Positions 45,843 to 56,718 of a stretch of 64,000 bases of DNA are shown here, one piece after another (positions within the stretch are counted from its first letter, which is position 1; each line of letters starts with the position of its first letter). The position numbers and the translations under genes were made by a program. The DNA is from Thermoanaerobaculia bacterium (lineage in GTDB: Bacteria; Acidobacteriota; Thermoanaerobaculia; Multivoradales; Multivoraceae), in NCBI GenBank assembly GCA_965200575.1, contig OZ241363.1, positions 2,391,131-2,455,130 of the forward strand, written 5' to 3'. Under the pieces are notes generated by a model. The model was not told where the DNA came from and made no database searches. It saw only the letters and a program-made list of their open reading frames with translations.

Positions 45843-45992
45843 TGTTCGCCCGCTCCTCTTCCCGCCTCCGGTTCAGCCACCTACCCTAACAGCCTGCCGG
45901 GGCAGCAGCGGCCGCAACCTCGCCGGTCCCCCCAGCCACGTACGACCCGCGCCGCGGGGCCCGAAGGGGCCGCAGGGGGCTGCCCGGAGGTC

Positions 45993-47732
45993 ATGTGTCA
46001 GAATGGGTCGGTGCGAGGCCGGCTGCTCCCCTGTCTCGTCCTCGCCCTTGCGGCCCTGGCGGTCATGGCGCCCGGCATCGGCAGCCGCGACCTCTGGAAC
46101 CCGGACGAGCCGCGCTACGCCGAAGTCGCGCGGGAGATGCTGCTCGAACCGCGCGACGTCGGGCACTTCCTGGTACCGCGGCTGAACGGCGAACGCTACG
46201 ACCACAAGCCGCCGCTTCACTTCTGGACCATCGCCCTGTTCGGGGCGCTGCGGGGCGGCGTGGACGAAGTTGCGGTGCGCCTGCCGCCACTGCTGGCGGG
46301 CATCGGCTCGGTGCTGGTCGTGTTCCTGCTCGCCGACCGTCTGTTCGACCGATTCACGGCCTGGCTTGCGGCGCCGATCTTCATGACCTCGGCGCTCGTC
46401 ATGTGGAACGCCCGGACCAGCCAGATCGACATGACGCTGACCCTGCTGGAGCTGCTGGCCATCCTGTTCTGGGTCCGAGGCCGCCCGTGGGGCCCATGGC
46501 GCCCAGGCGACGAGACGGCGGCGCGCAGCAACGCCTCCATCCTCCCCTTCTACCTGTGCGCCGGGCTCGCGACCCTCGCCAAGGGTCCGGTCGGACTCGT
46601 CGTGCCGCTGCTGGCCGTGGTCACGTTCCTCGCCTTCGAGCGCGACTGGACCGGCATCGGGGCGCTGCGGCTCGGGCCGGGTCTGCTGCTGTGGGCTGCG
46701 GTCGTGCTCCTGTGGTTCGCCCCCGCGGTCTGGCTGGCCGGACGGTCGTACTTCGACGCCCTGATCCTCGACCAGACCGTGTCCCGCTACGCCGAAGGGG
46801 CCTACCACCCGCGGCCCTGGCACTACTACTTCCGCACCCTGCCCGCAATCTTCGCGCCCTGGACGCTGCTGGTCCCCGTGACCGTCTTCGCCTGCCTGAG
46901 GCAGCGCCGGCGAAAGCCGGACGGCCGCGTTGCCCCGGCCGTCCGCTTCCTGCTTCTGTGGTGCGCCAGCACCTTCGTCTTCTTCAGTCTTTCGGGCGGC
47001 AAGCGCACCGTCTACCTGCTGGCTCTCGCGGCGCCGCTGGCGATGCTGGTCGCCCACGGGACGAAGGTCGTCCGGGACGAGTGGCCCCGGCATCGAGTCG
47101 CGTTCCTCGCTTCGGCCGCGTCCGTGCCGCTCCTGTTCGGGGCCATCATGGCTGCGGCGCCGGCCGCTGCCAGCGAGCTGCGGGACGACGCCCTGGCCGC
47201 CGGCGCCGTCGGCTGGGTGCAGGCGGTCGCCGCCCTGCCGCTCGCCGGCGCCCTTGTGGGCGGCGCCCTGGCGGCAAGGCGCCGCCCGGACCTGCTGATA
47301 CCCTGCCTCGCAACCGGTCTCGGTCTCGCCATGTCCGTCGCCTCCGTGCGGTTGCTGCCGCTGGGGGATGCCTTCAAGTCGGCACGCACGCTGGCGCACG
47401 ATCTCGTTCGCTGGGCGGAACCGGACGAGCCCTACGCGATCTACCCCGTCCCTGACGCCGCCTTCATCTTCTACACCGAGCGCTTCGCGGTGGATGTTCA
47501 CGGCGGCATCCTGACCCACGACCAGGGCGACGAAGAGGCCCTGCGCCGGTTCGCTGCCGCCGACGGCGGACCCGTGTGGCTCCTCATCGAGAGGGACAAC
47601 CTGGCCGCGCTCGATCCGCCGCTCGACCTGGTCGAGGTCAGCCGCGACGACGACCTCCGGCAGGGCCACGTCCTGCTGACCACCCCGGAGGCGGCGGCCC
47701 GGGTGGCGGCATCCCGGCCGGTGAATCGATGA
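45993..47732 (+). CDS. ArnT/PMT-like glycosyltransferase (GT39/GT83 family)
   Basis: The motif RDLWNPDEPRYAEVAREM is followed by 10 or more TM helices. Confidence 0.7.
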   Translation: MCQNGSVRGRLLPCLVLALAALAVMAPGIGSRDLWNPDEPRYAEVAREMLLEPRDVGHFLVPRLNGERYDHKPPLHFWTIALFGALRGGVDEVAVRLPPLLAGIGSVLVVFLLADRLFDRFTAWLAAPIFMTSALVMWNARTSQIDMTLTLLELLAILFWVRGRPWGPWRPGDETAARSNASILPFYLCAGLATLAKGPVGLVVPLLAVVTFLAFERDWTGIGALRLGPGLLLWAAVVLLWFAPAVWLAGRSYFDALILDQTVSRYAEGAYHPRPWHYYFRTLPAIFAPWTLLVPVTVFACLRQRRRKPDGRVAPAVRFLLLWCASTFVFFSLSGGKRTVYLLALAAPLAMLVAHGTKVVRDEWPRHRVAFLASAASVPLLFGAIMAAAPAAASELRDDALAAGAVGWVQAVAALPLAGALVGGALAARRRPDLLIPCLATGLGLAMSVASVRLLPLGDAFKSARTLAHDLVRWAEPDEPYAIYPVPDAAFIFYTERFAVDVHGGILTHDQGDEEALRRFAAADGGPVWLLIERDNLAALDPPLDLVEVSRDDDLRQGHVLLTTPEAAARVAASRPVNR

Positions 47733-48601
47733 ACGACAGCGACAGCCTGAGGCTGAGGCAGGAGCTCCCGCATCGGACAGCGCCGCAGCTGACCCCGGAG
47801 GCATCGGCGGCGATGCCTCCGGGCGACGCGGCGGCGACCGGCCGCACGTATCGGCGGTACGGCCCGCTCGGCCGGCGACTCGCCGATCAGGGCCTGTTCC
47901 TGTTCCGCCATCGGTCCGCCTTCGCCGCCTTCCTCGTCCCGATCGCCGTGGTCGCGGTCCTCGAACGCCGGGCGGCCGGTCTGCCCGCCGACCCCGGGCT
48001 GGGCTGGTTCGCCGTCTGCCTCACGGTGTCGCTCCTCGGCCTGGCCGTGCGGTGGGCCGCGCTCGGTCCGGCGCCGGTGGGCGCCTCGACCCGCAGCCTC
48101 CGGGCGCCGAGCGCCAGCGTTCTCAACAAGACCGGCATGTACTCGCTGTGCCGCCACCCGGTCTACCTGGGCAACCTGTTCGTGCTCGCGGGCTTCGCCA
48201 TGGCGCTCAAGTCGTGGTGGTTCGTGCTCACCGCAGTGCTCGTCTACTGGCTGCTGTACGAGCGCGTCATTGCCGCGGAGGAGCGGTTCCTGGCCGAACG
48301 CTTCGGCGCCGCGCATCGTCGCTGGGCCGAGCGGACGCCGACCTTCTGGCCGCGGCCGGGCCTCTGGGCGAAGCCGGACCCGCCATTCAGCTGGCGAACG
48401 GTCTTCCTGCGCGAGTACGACTCGCTGCTCCTGATCGCCTCGGTCTTTCTCGTCCTGCGCATGGTCGATCAGGTCGTCGGCGGCCTGGCCCCGGCGGCGT
48501 GGCTGCGACAGGACCTGGGGCTCGTCGTCGTCCTGCTCGCGCTCGCGGTTCTGGTGTCGGTGCTCCGTCAGGTACGGAGGCGAAGTCGGTCGGGCCACTG
48601 A
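47729..48601 (+). CDS. Isoprenylcysteine carboxyl methyltransferase (ICMT)-family membrane methyltransferase
   Basis: The motif LNKTGMYSLCRHPVYLGNLFVLAGFA is present. Its start overlaps the glycosyltransferase stop (ATGA). Confidence 0.65.
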   Translation: MNDSDSLRLRQELPHRTAPQLTPEASAAMPPGDAAATGRTYRRYGPLGRRLADQGLFLFRHRSAFAAFLVPIAVVAVLERRAAGLPADPGLGWFAVCLTVSLLGLAVRWAALGPAPVGASTRSLRAPSASVLNKTGMYSLCRHPVYLGNLFVLAGFAMALKSWWFVLTAVLVYWLLYERVIAAEERFLAERFGAAHRRWAERTPTFWPRPGLWAKPDPPFSWRTVFLREYDSLLLIASVFLVLRMVDQVVGGLAPAAWLRQDLGLVVVLLALAVLVSVLRQVRRRSRSGH

Positions 48602-48714
48602 GGTCCGAGGCAGCGGCAGACCGGCCCGCGCCTCGCGTTCGGCGGTCGCGGCGGGTGAGGAGGGAATCTGAGAGAGTTCCGTTTCGTTGCAGAATCGGAG
48701 CCGAGGTCCTCCGC

Positions 48715-51234
48715 TTGATCGCTCGCCACCTGCTCAGCGCTGTCGCCATCGTCCTGCTGCTCGCGGGCGCCGGTGCGTTCGCCGGCGCCGAGGAGACTCA
48801 AGACGAGGACGCGTCAACCGTCGAAGCACCGCGGCCGCTCCTGCCCCGCTTCCAGCGCTGGCTGGAGCAGATCGGGCCGCTGATGAACGACGAGGAACGG
48901 GCGCTGTTCGTCGGTCTGGCCGAGGACTACCGACGCGAGGCGTTCATCGACGCCTTCTGGAAGGCGCGCGACCCCGACCCCTCCACCCGGATCAACGAGC
49001 TCCAGGTCCTGTGGGAGGACCGCGTGGACACCGTCCTCAGCCAGTGGGGAACGCTGGACGATGCGCGCGCGCTGTTCTACCTGCTGAACGGACCGCCTGG
49101 CCGCTTCGTCCTCCCTGACGGACGGAGCGCCGCGTACTGCCTCTCGCGCGCCAGCGAGCTGGAGATCTGGTTCTACGGCGGCAGCGACCGCACCGACCGC
49201 CACTTCGTCGTCATCTTCCTGGCCACCAGACGAGGCCGACCCTACGAGTTCTGGCATCGGGCCCTGGCCCGGCGACCGGTGTCTCGCCGCGGGCTGCCCA
49301 CGACCGACATCTCCGTGCTGTGCGCGGACGAGTGGCTGGGCTGGGCCGCGCAGGCCATTCAGCGCGACCAGGGACGAGGAGGCGTCCTCGACGAGGTGTC
49401 CAGACCGCCCGAACCTCCGGCGGAGTGGCTGGCCACCTTCGCCTCGTTCAACACCGACCTGCCTCCGGACGCCTCGCGCTTCGACGTGGACGTCGAATGG
49501 CAGTTCCCGGGGCGCAACCAGACCCGCACCATCACCCACGGCCTGCTGCTGGCGCCCGGCCCGACGGCGGGTCGCAGGACGTTCCAGGACCGCGAGTACC
49601 ACAGCTTCCACCTGACCGGCGAGGTGATCCGCGACGACCATCTGTTCGAGTCCTTCCGCTACCGCTTCGAGCTGCCGGCCGGCAACGACCCGGAGGTCGC
49701 CGTCCCGCTCGTGTTCAGCCGCTACCTGCGGCCCGGCGAGGTCGAGGTCCGCCTCAAGGTCGAGGACGTCTTCGGGCAGCAGTTCGCGATCGTCAACGAG
49801 ACGATCGACGTGCCGAACCTCGACGAGGGGGAATCCACCGGACCGAGCGTCCTGGAGGCCTTCCCCGCCCTGGCCGAGGCGAACGAGGCCGCGGCCCGCG
49901 GCGAACGCCTGTTGCGCCTGGTGCCGCCAAGGGACGAACGCCTGCGCGTGGGCATGGTCCGCTTTTCCACCCACGCGATCGGCGACTTCGACGCCGTGGC
50001 CTTCTCGCTGGACGGACGCGAGATCCTGCGCAAGCGCCGACCCCCCTACGGCGTCGAACTGAACCTGGGCGCGCACCCGACGGAGCACCGCATCCGGGTG
50101 GAGGGCCTCCTCGACGGCAACGTCGTGGCCTCCGACGAGATGTCCGTCAACCGCGGCGGCCAGCGCTTCCGGGCCCGATTCATCGAACCCCGGCCGGGCG
50201 AGCAGTACCTCCAGAGCGCCCGGGCAGTGGTCGAGATCGCGACGCCCGACGGCGAGGAGGTCGAGCGCCTCGAGCTCTACCTGGGCGAGGAGCCGATCGC
50301 CACGCTCTACCAGCCGCCCTGGGTCCAGCCGGTCGTCCTCGACGGTCCGAACCTGACCTACCTGCGCGCCGCCGCCTTCCTGACCGACGGCAGCAGCACC
50401 GAGGACGTCGTCTTCATCAACAGCCCGAACCCGGTCGAGCGGGTCAACGTGGAGTACGTCGAGCTCTTCGCCAGCGTGGTCGATGCCGCGAACCGGTCGG
50501 TCCGGGACCTCGCGGAAGCGGACTTCCGGGTTTTCGAGGACGGAACGCAGCAGACGATCCGCCGCTTCGAGTGGGTCGACGACACGCCGTTTCATGCCGC
50601 ACTGCTGGTCGACACCTCGGCTTCGATGGAAGACTCCATCGCCCAGGTCCGGGCCGCCGGCCAGCGCTTCATCGACCGCACTCTGAAGCCGAGGGACCGG
50701 ATGGCGATCCTGTCGTTCGCCAACCGGGCCCGGGTCGAGAGCCGCTTCACCCGCGACCGAAGCCAGCTGTCGCGGGCCCTGACCAAGCTGAAGGCCTCGG
50801 GCACCACCTCGCTGCACGACAGCATCGTCTACTCGCTCAGCTACTTCGACGGCATCAGCGGCCAGAAGGCGCTGGTCATCCTGTCCGACGGCAGGGACGA
50901 GAACAGCTCCTTCACCTTCGAGAGCGCGCTCGAGACCGCTCATCGCTCCGGGGTGACGATCTACCCCATCGGGATGGGGCAGGCGGCCGAGGACCGCGCG
51001 ACCCGGCGAGTGCTGGAGCGCATCGCGGCGGAGACCGGCGGCCAGGCCTGGTTCATCGACTCGGTCGGCGAGCTCGACGCCATCTACGCCGCCATCGAGC
51101 GGGAACTCCGCACCCGCTACCTGCTTACCTACCAGTCGACGAGCAACGCGCCGGAGAGCGAGTTCCGGGTGATTCGCGTGGAGGTGGACCGGCGCGGCGC
51201 GGAGGTACGGACGATGGCCGGCTACTACCCGTGA
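48715..51234 (+). CDS. VWA-domain protein with the N-terminal region of Acidobacterial VWFA-related proteins
   Basis: A signal peptide is present. The C-terminal VWA domain has LLVDTSASMEDS (a metal-ion-dependent adhesion site, MIDAS) and ILSDGRDENS. The TTG start is uncertain. Confidence 0.6.
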   Translation: MIARHLLSAVAIVLLLAGAGAFAGAEETQDEDASTVEAPRPLLPRFQRWLEQIGPLMNDEERALFVGLAEDYRREAFIDAFWKARDPDPSTRINELQVLWEDRVDTVLSQWGTLDDARALFYLLNGPPGRFVLPDGRSAAYCLSRASELEIWFYGGSDRTDRHFVVIFLATRRGRPYEFWHRALARRPVSRRGLPTTDISVLCADEWLGWAAQAIQRDQGRGGVLDEVSRPPEPPAEWLATFASFNTDLPPDASRFDVDVEWQFPGRNQTRTITHGLLLAPGPTAGRRTFQDREYHSFHLTGEVIRDDHLFESFRYRFELPAGNDPEVAVPLVFSRYLRPGEVEVRLKVEDVFGQQFAIVNETIDVPNLDEGESTGPSVLEAFPALAEANEAAARGERLLRLVPPRDERLRVGMVRFSTHAIGDFDAVAFSLDGREILRKRRPPYGVELNLGAHPTEHRIRVEGLLDGNVVASDEMSVNRGGQRFRARFIEPRPGEQYLQSARAVVEIATPDGEEVERLELYLGEEPIATLYQPPWVQPVVLDGPNLTYLRAAAFLTDGSSTEDVVFINSPNPVERVNVEYVELFASVVDAANRSVRDLAEADFRVFEDGTQQTIRRFEWVDDTPFHAALLVDTSASMEDSIAQVRAAGQRFIDRTLKPRDRMAILSFANRARVESRFTRDRSQLSRALTKLKASGTTSLHDSIVYSLSYFDGISGQKALVILSDGRDENSSFTFESALETAHRSGVTIYPIGMGQAAEDRATRRVLERIAAETGGQAWFIDSVGELDAIYAAIERELRTRYLLTYQSTSNAPESEFRVIRVEVDRRGAEVRTMAGYYP

Positions 51235-51417
51235 CTCCCGACCTCGAAACCCCCATAGGGGCGGTGACGGCCGGACCGGCGCTGCTGCAGTCCGCGACGC
51301 GCGCTGGCCGACCCCAGGAGCTGCCAGCGGCCGGAGGACGGCGACGGGAACGGGCGCCTCCCGGGCGGTGAGGGCACGGGGCCGGCCGCGGCGTCCGCGA
51401 CGTGTCTGGCGCGCCGA

Positions 51418-52614
51418 CTAGAGGCGACAGTCGACCCGTCGGCCACCCGCCGCCGACAGGTAGGCGGCGTACAGCAGCCGGACCACGGCAAGGCCGAGCT
51501 CGCCGTCGGACGCCGCCTCCTCGCCGCCCAGAAGGCAGGAGGCGAAGGCCTGCAGCATGCCGAGCTGGCCGGAGGTCCAGTCCTCGTCGGGCATGGGCGT
51601 GGTCCAGCCTGCCCCGGAGTCGATCTTCTCCATGATGTACGCGTCGCCCAGGACCTTGCCGTCGGGCGCATAGGCCCGGAGCATGTCGTTGGGGCTCAGG
51701 TTGAGCCGCAGTCGGCAGTTGCTCGCGAACAGGTCGAGGCTGCTCTCCATGCCTCCAAGGACGTGGTCGCCGCCCCAGGCCACGCCGCGGGACCCGTCGT
51801 CGAAGCCGATGGTCACGCAGCCCCAGTTCTCCACCTCGCCCCATTTGCCGGCGACGCGCAGTTCGCCCTCCGCGAGACCGGAGACGGCGCTCAGGTCGGC
51901 GGTCTCGGCGCTGACCCAGACCGGCCGCACGGGCCGGCCCCGGCGCCGCCGGCCCTCGACCCGCTTCAGGTGCAGCATCGCCCCGACCGGATGGGCCGCG
52001 AGGCGGATCAGCGCGCCGCCCCCGGTGTGGCGCCAGAGCCTCGACCACGGCGAATGGGAGCCGCTGTGGCACTCGCCGCCCCGCATCTCCAGCAGCACGC
52101 CGTCAGCCCGGGCGAGCAGCGCCTCGGCACGCTGAAACGCCGGCGCGTAGAGCCAGTTCTCGCCGTACAGCAGCCGCACGCCGGCGCGCTTCGCCGCCTC
52201 CACCATGGCGCCGGCGTCGGCTTCCGCCACGCGGAGCATCTCGGCCCGGTCCCGCGCGGCAACCTCGGCGTCGCTCGCCGCCTCCGGCAGATCCTGGCCG
52301 GTGTACGCCGTCAGGGGCTTGGTGCAGATGACGTGCTTGCCCGCCACCGCGGCCGCCTCGGTCATCTCGCGGTGCAGGCGGTTCGGCACGCACAGGTCGA
52401 CGACCCCGATCGCCTCGTCGGCGAGCATCTCGACGAGCTCGTCGAACACGACCGGGACGTCGAACCGCCCGGCCAGATCCTCGGCCCGTGCCCGGCCCCG
52501 CGAGACGATGCCCACAACCGAAGCGGAAGGGACCTGCTTCCAGCACCGCGCCCTGGTCTCGGCCAGAAACCCGGCGCCCACCACGCCCACCCCCAAGTGT
52601 CGCTCATCGTTCAT
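51418..52614 (-). CDS. Gfo/Idh/MocA-family oxidoreductase
   Basis: A Rossmann segment VGVVGAGF and the family C-terminal domain are present. Confidence 0.7.
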   Translation of the reverse strand: MNDERHLGVGVVGAGFLAETRARCWKQVPSASVVGIVSRGRARAEDLAGRFDVPVVFDELVEMLADEAIGVVDLCVPNRLHREMTEAAAVAGKHVICTKPLTAYTGQDLPEAASDAEVAARDRAEMLRVAEADAGAMVEAAKRAGVRLLYGENWLYAPAFQRAEALLARADGVLLEMRGGECHSGSHSPWSRLWRHTGGGALIRLAAHPVGAMLHLKRVEGRRRRGRPVRPVWVSAETADLSAVSGLAEGELRVAGKWGEVENWGCVTIGFDDGSRGVAWGGDHVLGGMESSLDLFASNCRLRLNLSPNDMLRAYAPDGKVLGDAYIMEKIDSGAGWTTPMPDEDWTSGQLGMLQAFASCLLGGEEAASDGELGLAVVRLLYAAYLSAAGGRRVDCRL

Positions 52615-52776
52615 GCGCCCATTCTCCACCACGCGGCCTCTTCGGCACAGCCCCGATCAGGGCCGAACGAGCGGCACGACGGGCCTTGACCGCCCCGCGT
52701 CGGCTCGACGGCCGCGTCGCCATCGAGGAACGATGCAGCGCAGCCGCTACCATTCGACCGCTCCGCCACCCTCGCC

Positions 52777-54852
52777 ATGAAGTTCTCCGCTGCCGCAGCG
52801 CTCTGCCTCGCGCTCGTCGCCCTTCCCGTCGCCGCCCAGCGCGGCGCGCCGGCCGGCGAGTGGCCGAGCTACGGCGGCGACACGGGGTCCACGAAGTACT
52901 CACCGCTCGACCAGGTCGACGCTGGCAACTTCGGCGCGCTCAAGGTCGCGTGGGTCTGGCGGTCGGTGGACGAGTTCCTCAGCAAGTCGGAGTCGGGCGG
53001 CGAATGGCACGCCAGCCGCGACCTGGTCTTCGAGCGGCTGCAGGAGGAGGACCCTCTGCTGTGGCGGGCGGGACGCGCCCCGTTCATCCGCAACCTGAAG
53101 GCGACGCCGCTCATGCAGGAGGGCCTGCTGTTCCTGAACACGCCCATCGCCATCGGCGCCGCGGTCCACCCCGGCACCGGGCGGACGGTCTGGGCCTACA
53201 ACCCGAAGAGCTACGAGAGCGGCACGACGACGATGACCGTGGTCTGGAACCAGCGCGGCGTGGCGTACTGGAGCAACGGCGAGCAGGGCGACGAAGCGGA
53301 CAGCCGGGTCTACTGGGGCACCGGCGACGGCTACCTGCTCGCGGTCGACGCCGGCACCGGGCGGCCGGTCGAGGAGTTCGGGGACGGCGGGCGGGTCGAT
53401 CTGATGGAGGGCCTGCCGCGCGCCAACCGGGGCGAGCGGGACTACCTGAACGCCCTGCTCTACTCGATGCAGTCGCCGCCTGTCGTGGTCCGCGACGTGG
53501 TGGTCACCGGCGCCTCCATCGCCGACCGCCGGATCTCGAAGGAGTCCATCCCCGGCTGGGTGCGCGGCTGGGATGCGCGCACCGGAGAACTGCGCTGGGT
53601 GTTCCGCACCGTGCCGCAGGAGGGCGACGAGGGCGTCGAGACCTGGGGCGACGAGTCCTGGCGCTACTCGGGCAACGCGAACGTGTGGACGACGCTCTCG
53701 GGCGACGACGAGCACGGCATCGTCTACCTGCCCATCGGCACGGCGACAAACGACTTCTACGGCGGCCACCGCCCCGGCGACAATCTGTACTCCGAGAGCC
53801 TGGTCGCGGTCGACGTCGAGTCGGGCGAGAAGCTGTGGCACTTCCAGGCCGTGCGCCACGGTCTCTGGGACTACGACTTCCCCGCCGCGCCGACCCTGAT
53901 CGACCTCCCCGGCGAGAACGGCGGCGAGCCGCGCCGGATCGTCGCGCAGGTGAGCAAGCAGGGGTTCCTCTACGTCTTCGACCGCATCACCGGCGAGGCG
54001 GTGTGGGAGATCGAGGATCGGCCCGTGCCGCCGGCCACGATGCCGGGGGACACCGCGGCACCGACCCAGCCCTTCCCGACCAGACCGGCGCCCTTCGAGG
54101 ACCAGGGCGTGGCCGAGGACGATCTCGTCGACTTCACGCCCGAGATCCGGCAGATGGCGCTCGACGTGATCGCCGACTACCGGATCGGGCCGCTGTACAC
54201 GCCGCCCTCCCTCCCCGAGCCGGGCGGCAAGCTGGGCACGATCTTCCGACCCTCGGCGGGCGGCGGAGCGAACTGGCACGGCGCCGCGGTCGACCCGGAG
54301 ACCGGCTGGCTGTACGTGCCTTCGCGCAACTCCTTCAGCATGGTCACCTTCTACACGCCCGACCCGCAGGAAGGCGGCACACTGCGCTACACCCACGGCG
54401 GCCGCGGCAGGCGTCCCGAGATGCCGGAAGGTCTGCCGCTGTTCAAGCCGCCGTACACGCGCATGACGGCCATCGACCTCACCACGGGCGACCACGTGTG
54501 GATGAAGCCGCTCGGCAACAACGACACCCTGCGCAACCACCCGCGCCTGAAGGACCTCGAGCTGCCGCCGCTCGGCGGCGACACCTACACCGGGCCGCTG
54601 CTGACCAGGACCCTGCTGATCCACGGACAGCACGCGCCGGAGGACGACGGCGGCAACCGGCTGGTGGCGCGCGACAAGCGGACGGGCGACGTGATCGCCG
54701 AAGTGCCGCTGCCCGCGCGCGGGCTCGGCACGCCGATGACCTACCTGTGGGAGGGGCGCCAGTACATAGCGCTCACCGTCGCCGGCCGCAGCGAAACCGG
54801 CGGCGTCCCGGAACTCATGGCCTTCGCGCTGCCTGAGGACGCCCGCCCCTGA
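52777..54852 (+). CDS. PQQ-dependent dehydrogenase, glucose/quinate dehydrogenase family (periplasmic), paralog B
   Basis: 691 aa with a signal peptide. It is homologous to 38905..40941, sharing GNANVWT and RHGLWDYDF. Confidence 0.7.
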   Translation: MKFSAAAALCLALVALPVAAQRGAPAGEWPSYGGDTGSTKYSPLDQVDAGNFGALKVAWVWRSVDEFLSKSESGGEWHASRDLVFERLQEEDPLLWRAGRAPFIRNLKATPLMQEGLLFLNTPIAIGAAVHPGTGRTVWAYNPKSYESGTTTMTVVWNQRGVAYWSNGEQGDEADSRVYWGTGDGYLLAVDAGTGRPVEEFGDGGRVDLMEGLPRANRGERDYLNALLYSMQSPPVVVRDVVVTGASIADRRISKESIPGWVRGWDARTGELRWVFRTVPQEGDEGVETWGDESWRYSGNANVWTTLSGDDEHGIVYLPIGTATNDFYGGHRPGDNLYSESLVAVDVESGEKLWHFQAVRHGLWDYDFPAAPTLIDLPGENGGEPRRIVAQVSKQGFLYVFDRITGEAVWEIEDRPVPPATMPGDTAAPTQPFPTRPAPFEDQGVAEDDLVDFTPEIRQMALDVIADYRIGPLYTPPSLPEPGGKLGTIFRPSAGGGANWHGAAVDPETGWLYVPSRNSFSMVTFYTPDPQEGGTLRYTHGGRGRRPEMPEGLPLFKPPYTRMTAIDLTTGDHVWMKPLGNNDTLRNHPRLKDLELPPLGGDTYTGPLLTRTLLIHGQHAPEDDGGNRLVARDKRTGDVIAEVPLPARGLGTPMTYLWEGRQYIALTVAGRSETGGVPELMAFALPEDARP

Positions 54853-54964
54853 GGTCGGCATGCCCGCGGCGAAATGCCACGATGCCCGGTTATCATCGGC
54901 CTGATGGCCGCCAGGCCCGTCGCGGACGCCGCGCCTTGGCCCCAGCCCCCACCCAGCTCGATCG

Positions 54965-55750
54965 ATGAGTCAAGAACCCGGACCCGCCACACCCCGTTGC
55001 ACCAATCCGCAACGCGCCACTCCACGGCGTGACCCGAGACCGGTCTCGCCCTGGCACGCGCCGCTCGTCGCGACCCTGTCCGCTTCCCTGCTCGCGGCTT
55101 GCGGGGCAGGCGCCGGCAGCGGGCCCGTCGAGGTGGTGGACCGCGGCGGCAGCGGCGCAACGACCTTTCGGGGCGAGGTCTGGGCCGACAACTGGTTCGC
55201 CCTGCACGTGAACGACCGACTGGTCGTCGAGGACTCGGTGCCCATCACGACCGAACGCTCCTTCAACGCGGAGGCGTTCACCTTCAACGCGGACTATCCG
55301 CTGCAGCTCGCCATCCTCGCCCGGGACTTCAAGCAGGACGACACGGGGCTCGAGTACATCGGCCGCGGCAACCAGCAGATGGGCGACGGCGGGTTCATCG
55401 CCCAGTTCACCGACACGACCTCGGGCGCGACCGTGGCCGTGACCGACGACGCCTGGCGCTGTCTCGTCGTGCATGAGGCGCCGCTCGACAAGGCCTGCGA
55501 GGACGAGTCCGACCCGCAGCCGGGGGTGGGGCCGTGCGGTTTCGTCGACACGCCCGAACCCGAGGGCTGGCGGAGCGCGGACTTCGACGACAGCGGCTGG
55601 CCCGCCGCCATCGAGCACGCCGCATCGGCGGTCAGGCCGAAGGGCGGCTACGACGCCATCGACTGGAGCGGCGACGCGGAGCTGATCTGGTCCGACGACC
55701 TGGAAACGCACAACACTCTGCTCTGCCGCCTGACGGTCCAGGCGCCATAG
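54965..55750 (+). CDS. Hypothetical lipoprotein
   Basis: A lipobox LLAACG is present. The start is uncertain and may lie near 55043. I see no recognisable domain. Confidence 0.4.
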   Translation: MSQEPGPATPRCTNPQRATPRRDPRPVSPWHAPLVATLSASLLAACGAGAGSGPVEVVDRGGSGATTFRGEVWADNWFALHVNDRLVVEDSVPITTERSFNAEAFTFNADYPLQLAILARDFKQDDTGLEYIGRGNQQMGDGGFIAQFTDTTSGATVAVTDDAWRCLVVHEAPLDKACEDESDPQPGVGPCGFVDTPEPEGWRSADFDDSGWPAAIEHAASAVRPKGGYDAIDWSGDAELIWSDDLETHNTLLCRLTVQAP

Positions 55751-55836
55751 ACCCCGCACAACGCGCCGCGGACGAGGGCGCTTGACCCGAGCCCGGTCCG
55801 GCGCCCGGTGAGCGGGCGCGACGGCCCCGGCCAGCG

Positions 55837-56547
55837 TCAGCCGACCGCGGGGGAAATTCGGGCGGGCATCGGCGCCGCCTCGTCCCGACGCCGGGCCAGC
55901 GAGATGCGGGCGCGGCGAGCGACGAACCACACGCAGACCAGCAGCAGGGCGATCGCGTTGATCCGCAGCGGCATGATCATCGTCGTGTGGACCGTCTCCG
56001 GCGACGACTGCATCTGGTGAATGCTCCGCCACCAGTTCACCGAGTAGTAGACGAGCGGTGCATTGATCGAGGCGACGATGCTCGCGGCGGCGGTCCACGG
56101 CGCCCGGCGATGCTCCTCGGCGAAACGCCGCAGGACCAGGACGCCAAGGAAGGTCAGCCACATCACGAACGTGAAGGTCAGGCGCGGGTCCCAGTTCCAG
56201 TAGACCCCCCAGGTCGGCCTGGCCCAGACGATGCCGGAGAGGAGGCCCGCCGTCTCGAGCACGACCCCGACTTCGATCACGCCGACCAGCATGCCGTCGA
56301 TCCAGGCCTTGCGCTTCCACAGCGAGGCGGCGCCCACGAAGCCGGCGCCGAAGAAGCACAGCAGCGCGTTCCACTGCAGCGGCACGTGCACATAGAGGAT
56401 GCGGTAGACGTCGCCCATGAAGCGCTCCCTGGGCGCCACGAACAGCCCCAGGTACACGCCGCCGATCAAGGCCAGAAGCCCGATCAGGCCGAACCAGTGC
56501 TCCCAGGCCCATCCACCCTGCCGGGCCCCCGACTGCCTCCCGCTCAT
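55837..56547 (-). CDS. ccmC: CcmC-like heme exporter (cytochrome c maturation), orphan
   Basis: 236 aa with 6 TM helices and the WWD motif WGVYWNWDPRLT. No other ccm genes lie nearby. Confidence 0.7.
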   Translation of the reverse strand: MSGRQSGARQGGWAWEHWFGLIGLLALIGGVYLGLFVAPRERFMGDVYRILYVHVPLQWNALLCFFGAGFVGAASLWKRKAWIDGMLVGVIEVGVVLETAGLLSGIVWARPTWGVYWNWDPRLTFTFVMWLTFLGVLVLRRFAEEHRRAPWTAAASIVASINAPLVYYSVNWWRSIHQMQSSPETVHTTMIMPLRINAIALLLVCVWFVARRARISLARRRDEAAPMPARISPAVG

Positions 56548-56718
56548 CGCTTCGCCACGTTAACAGCCTGGTAGCAGGCGCGGCCGGGCGCGGCATCCAC
56601 GACGCAGCTCGCGGCAGCGGCGCTACCGCACCTTCTCGGCAACCTCCGACAGCGCGGCTGATACCGTCGCCCGTTCACGCGGCAACGGAGCAGACGGGCC
56701 ACGGAGGCGACGGGGAAG

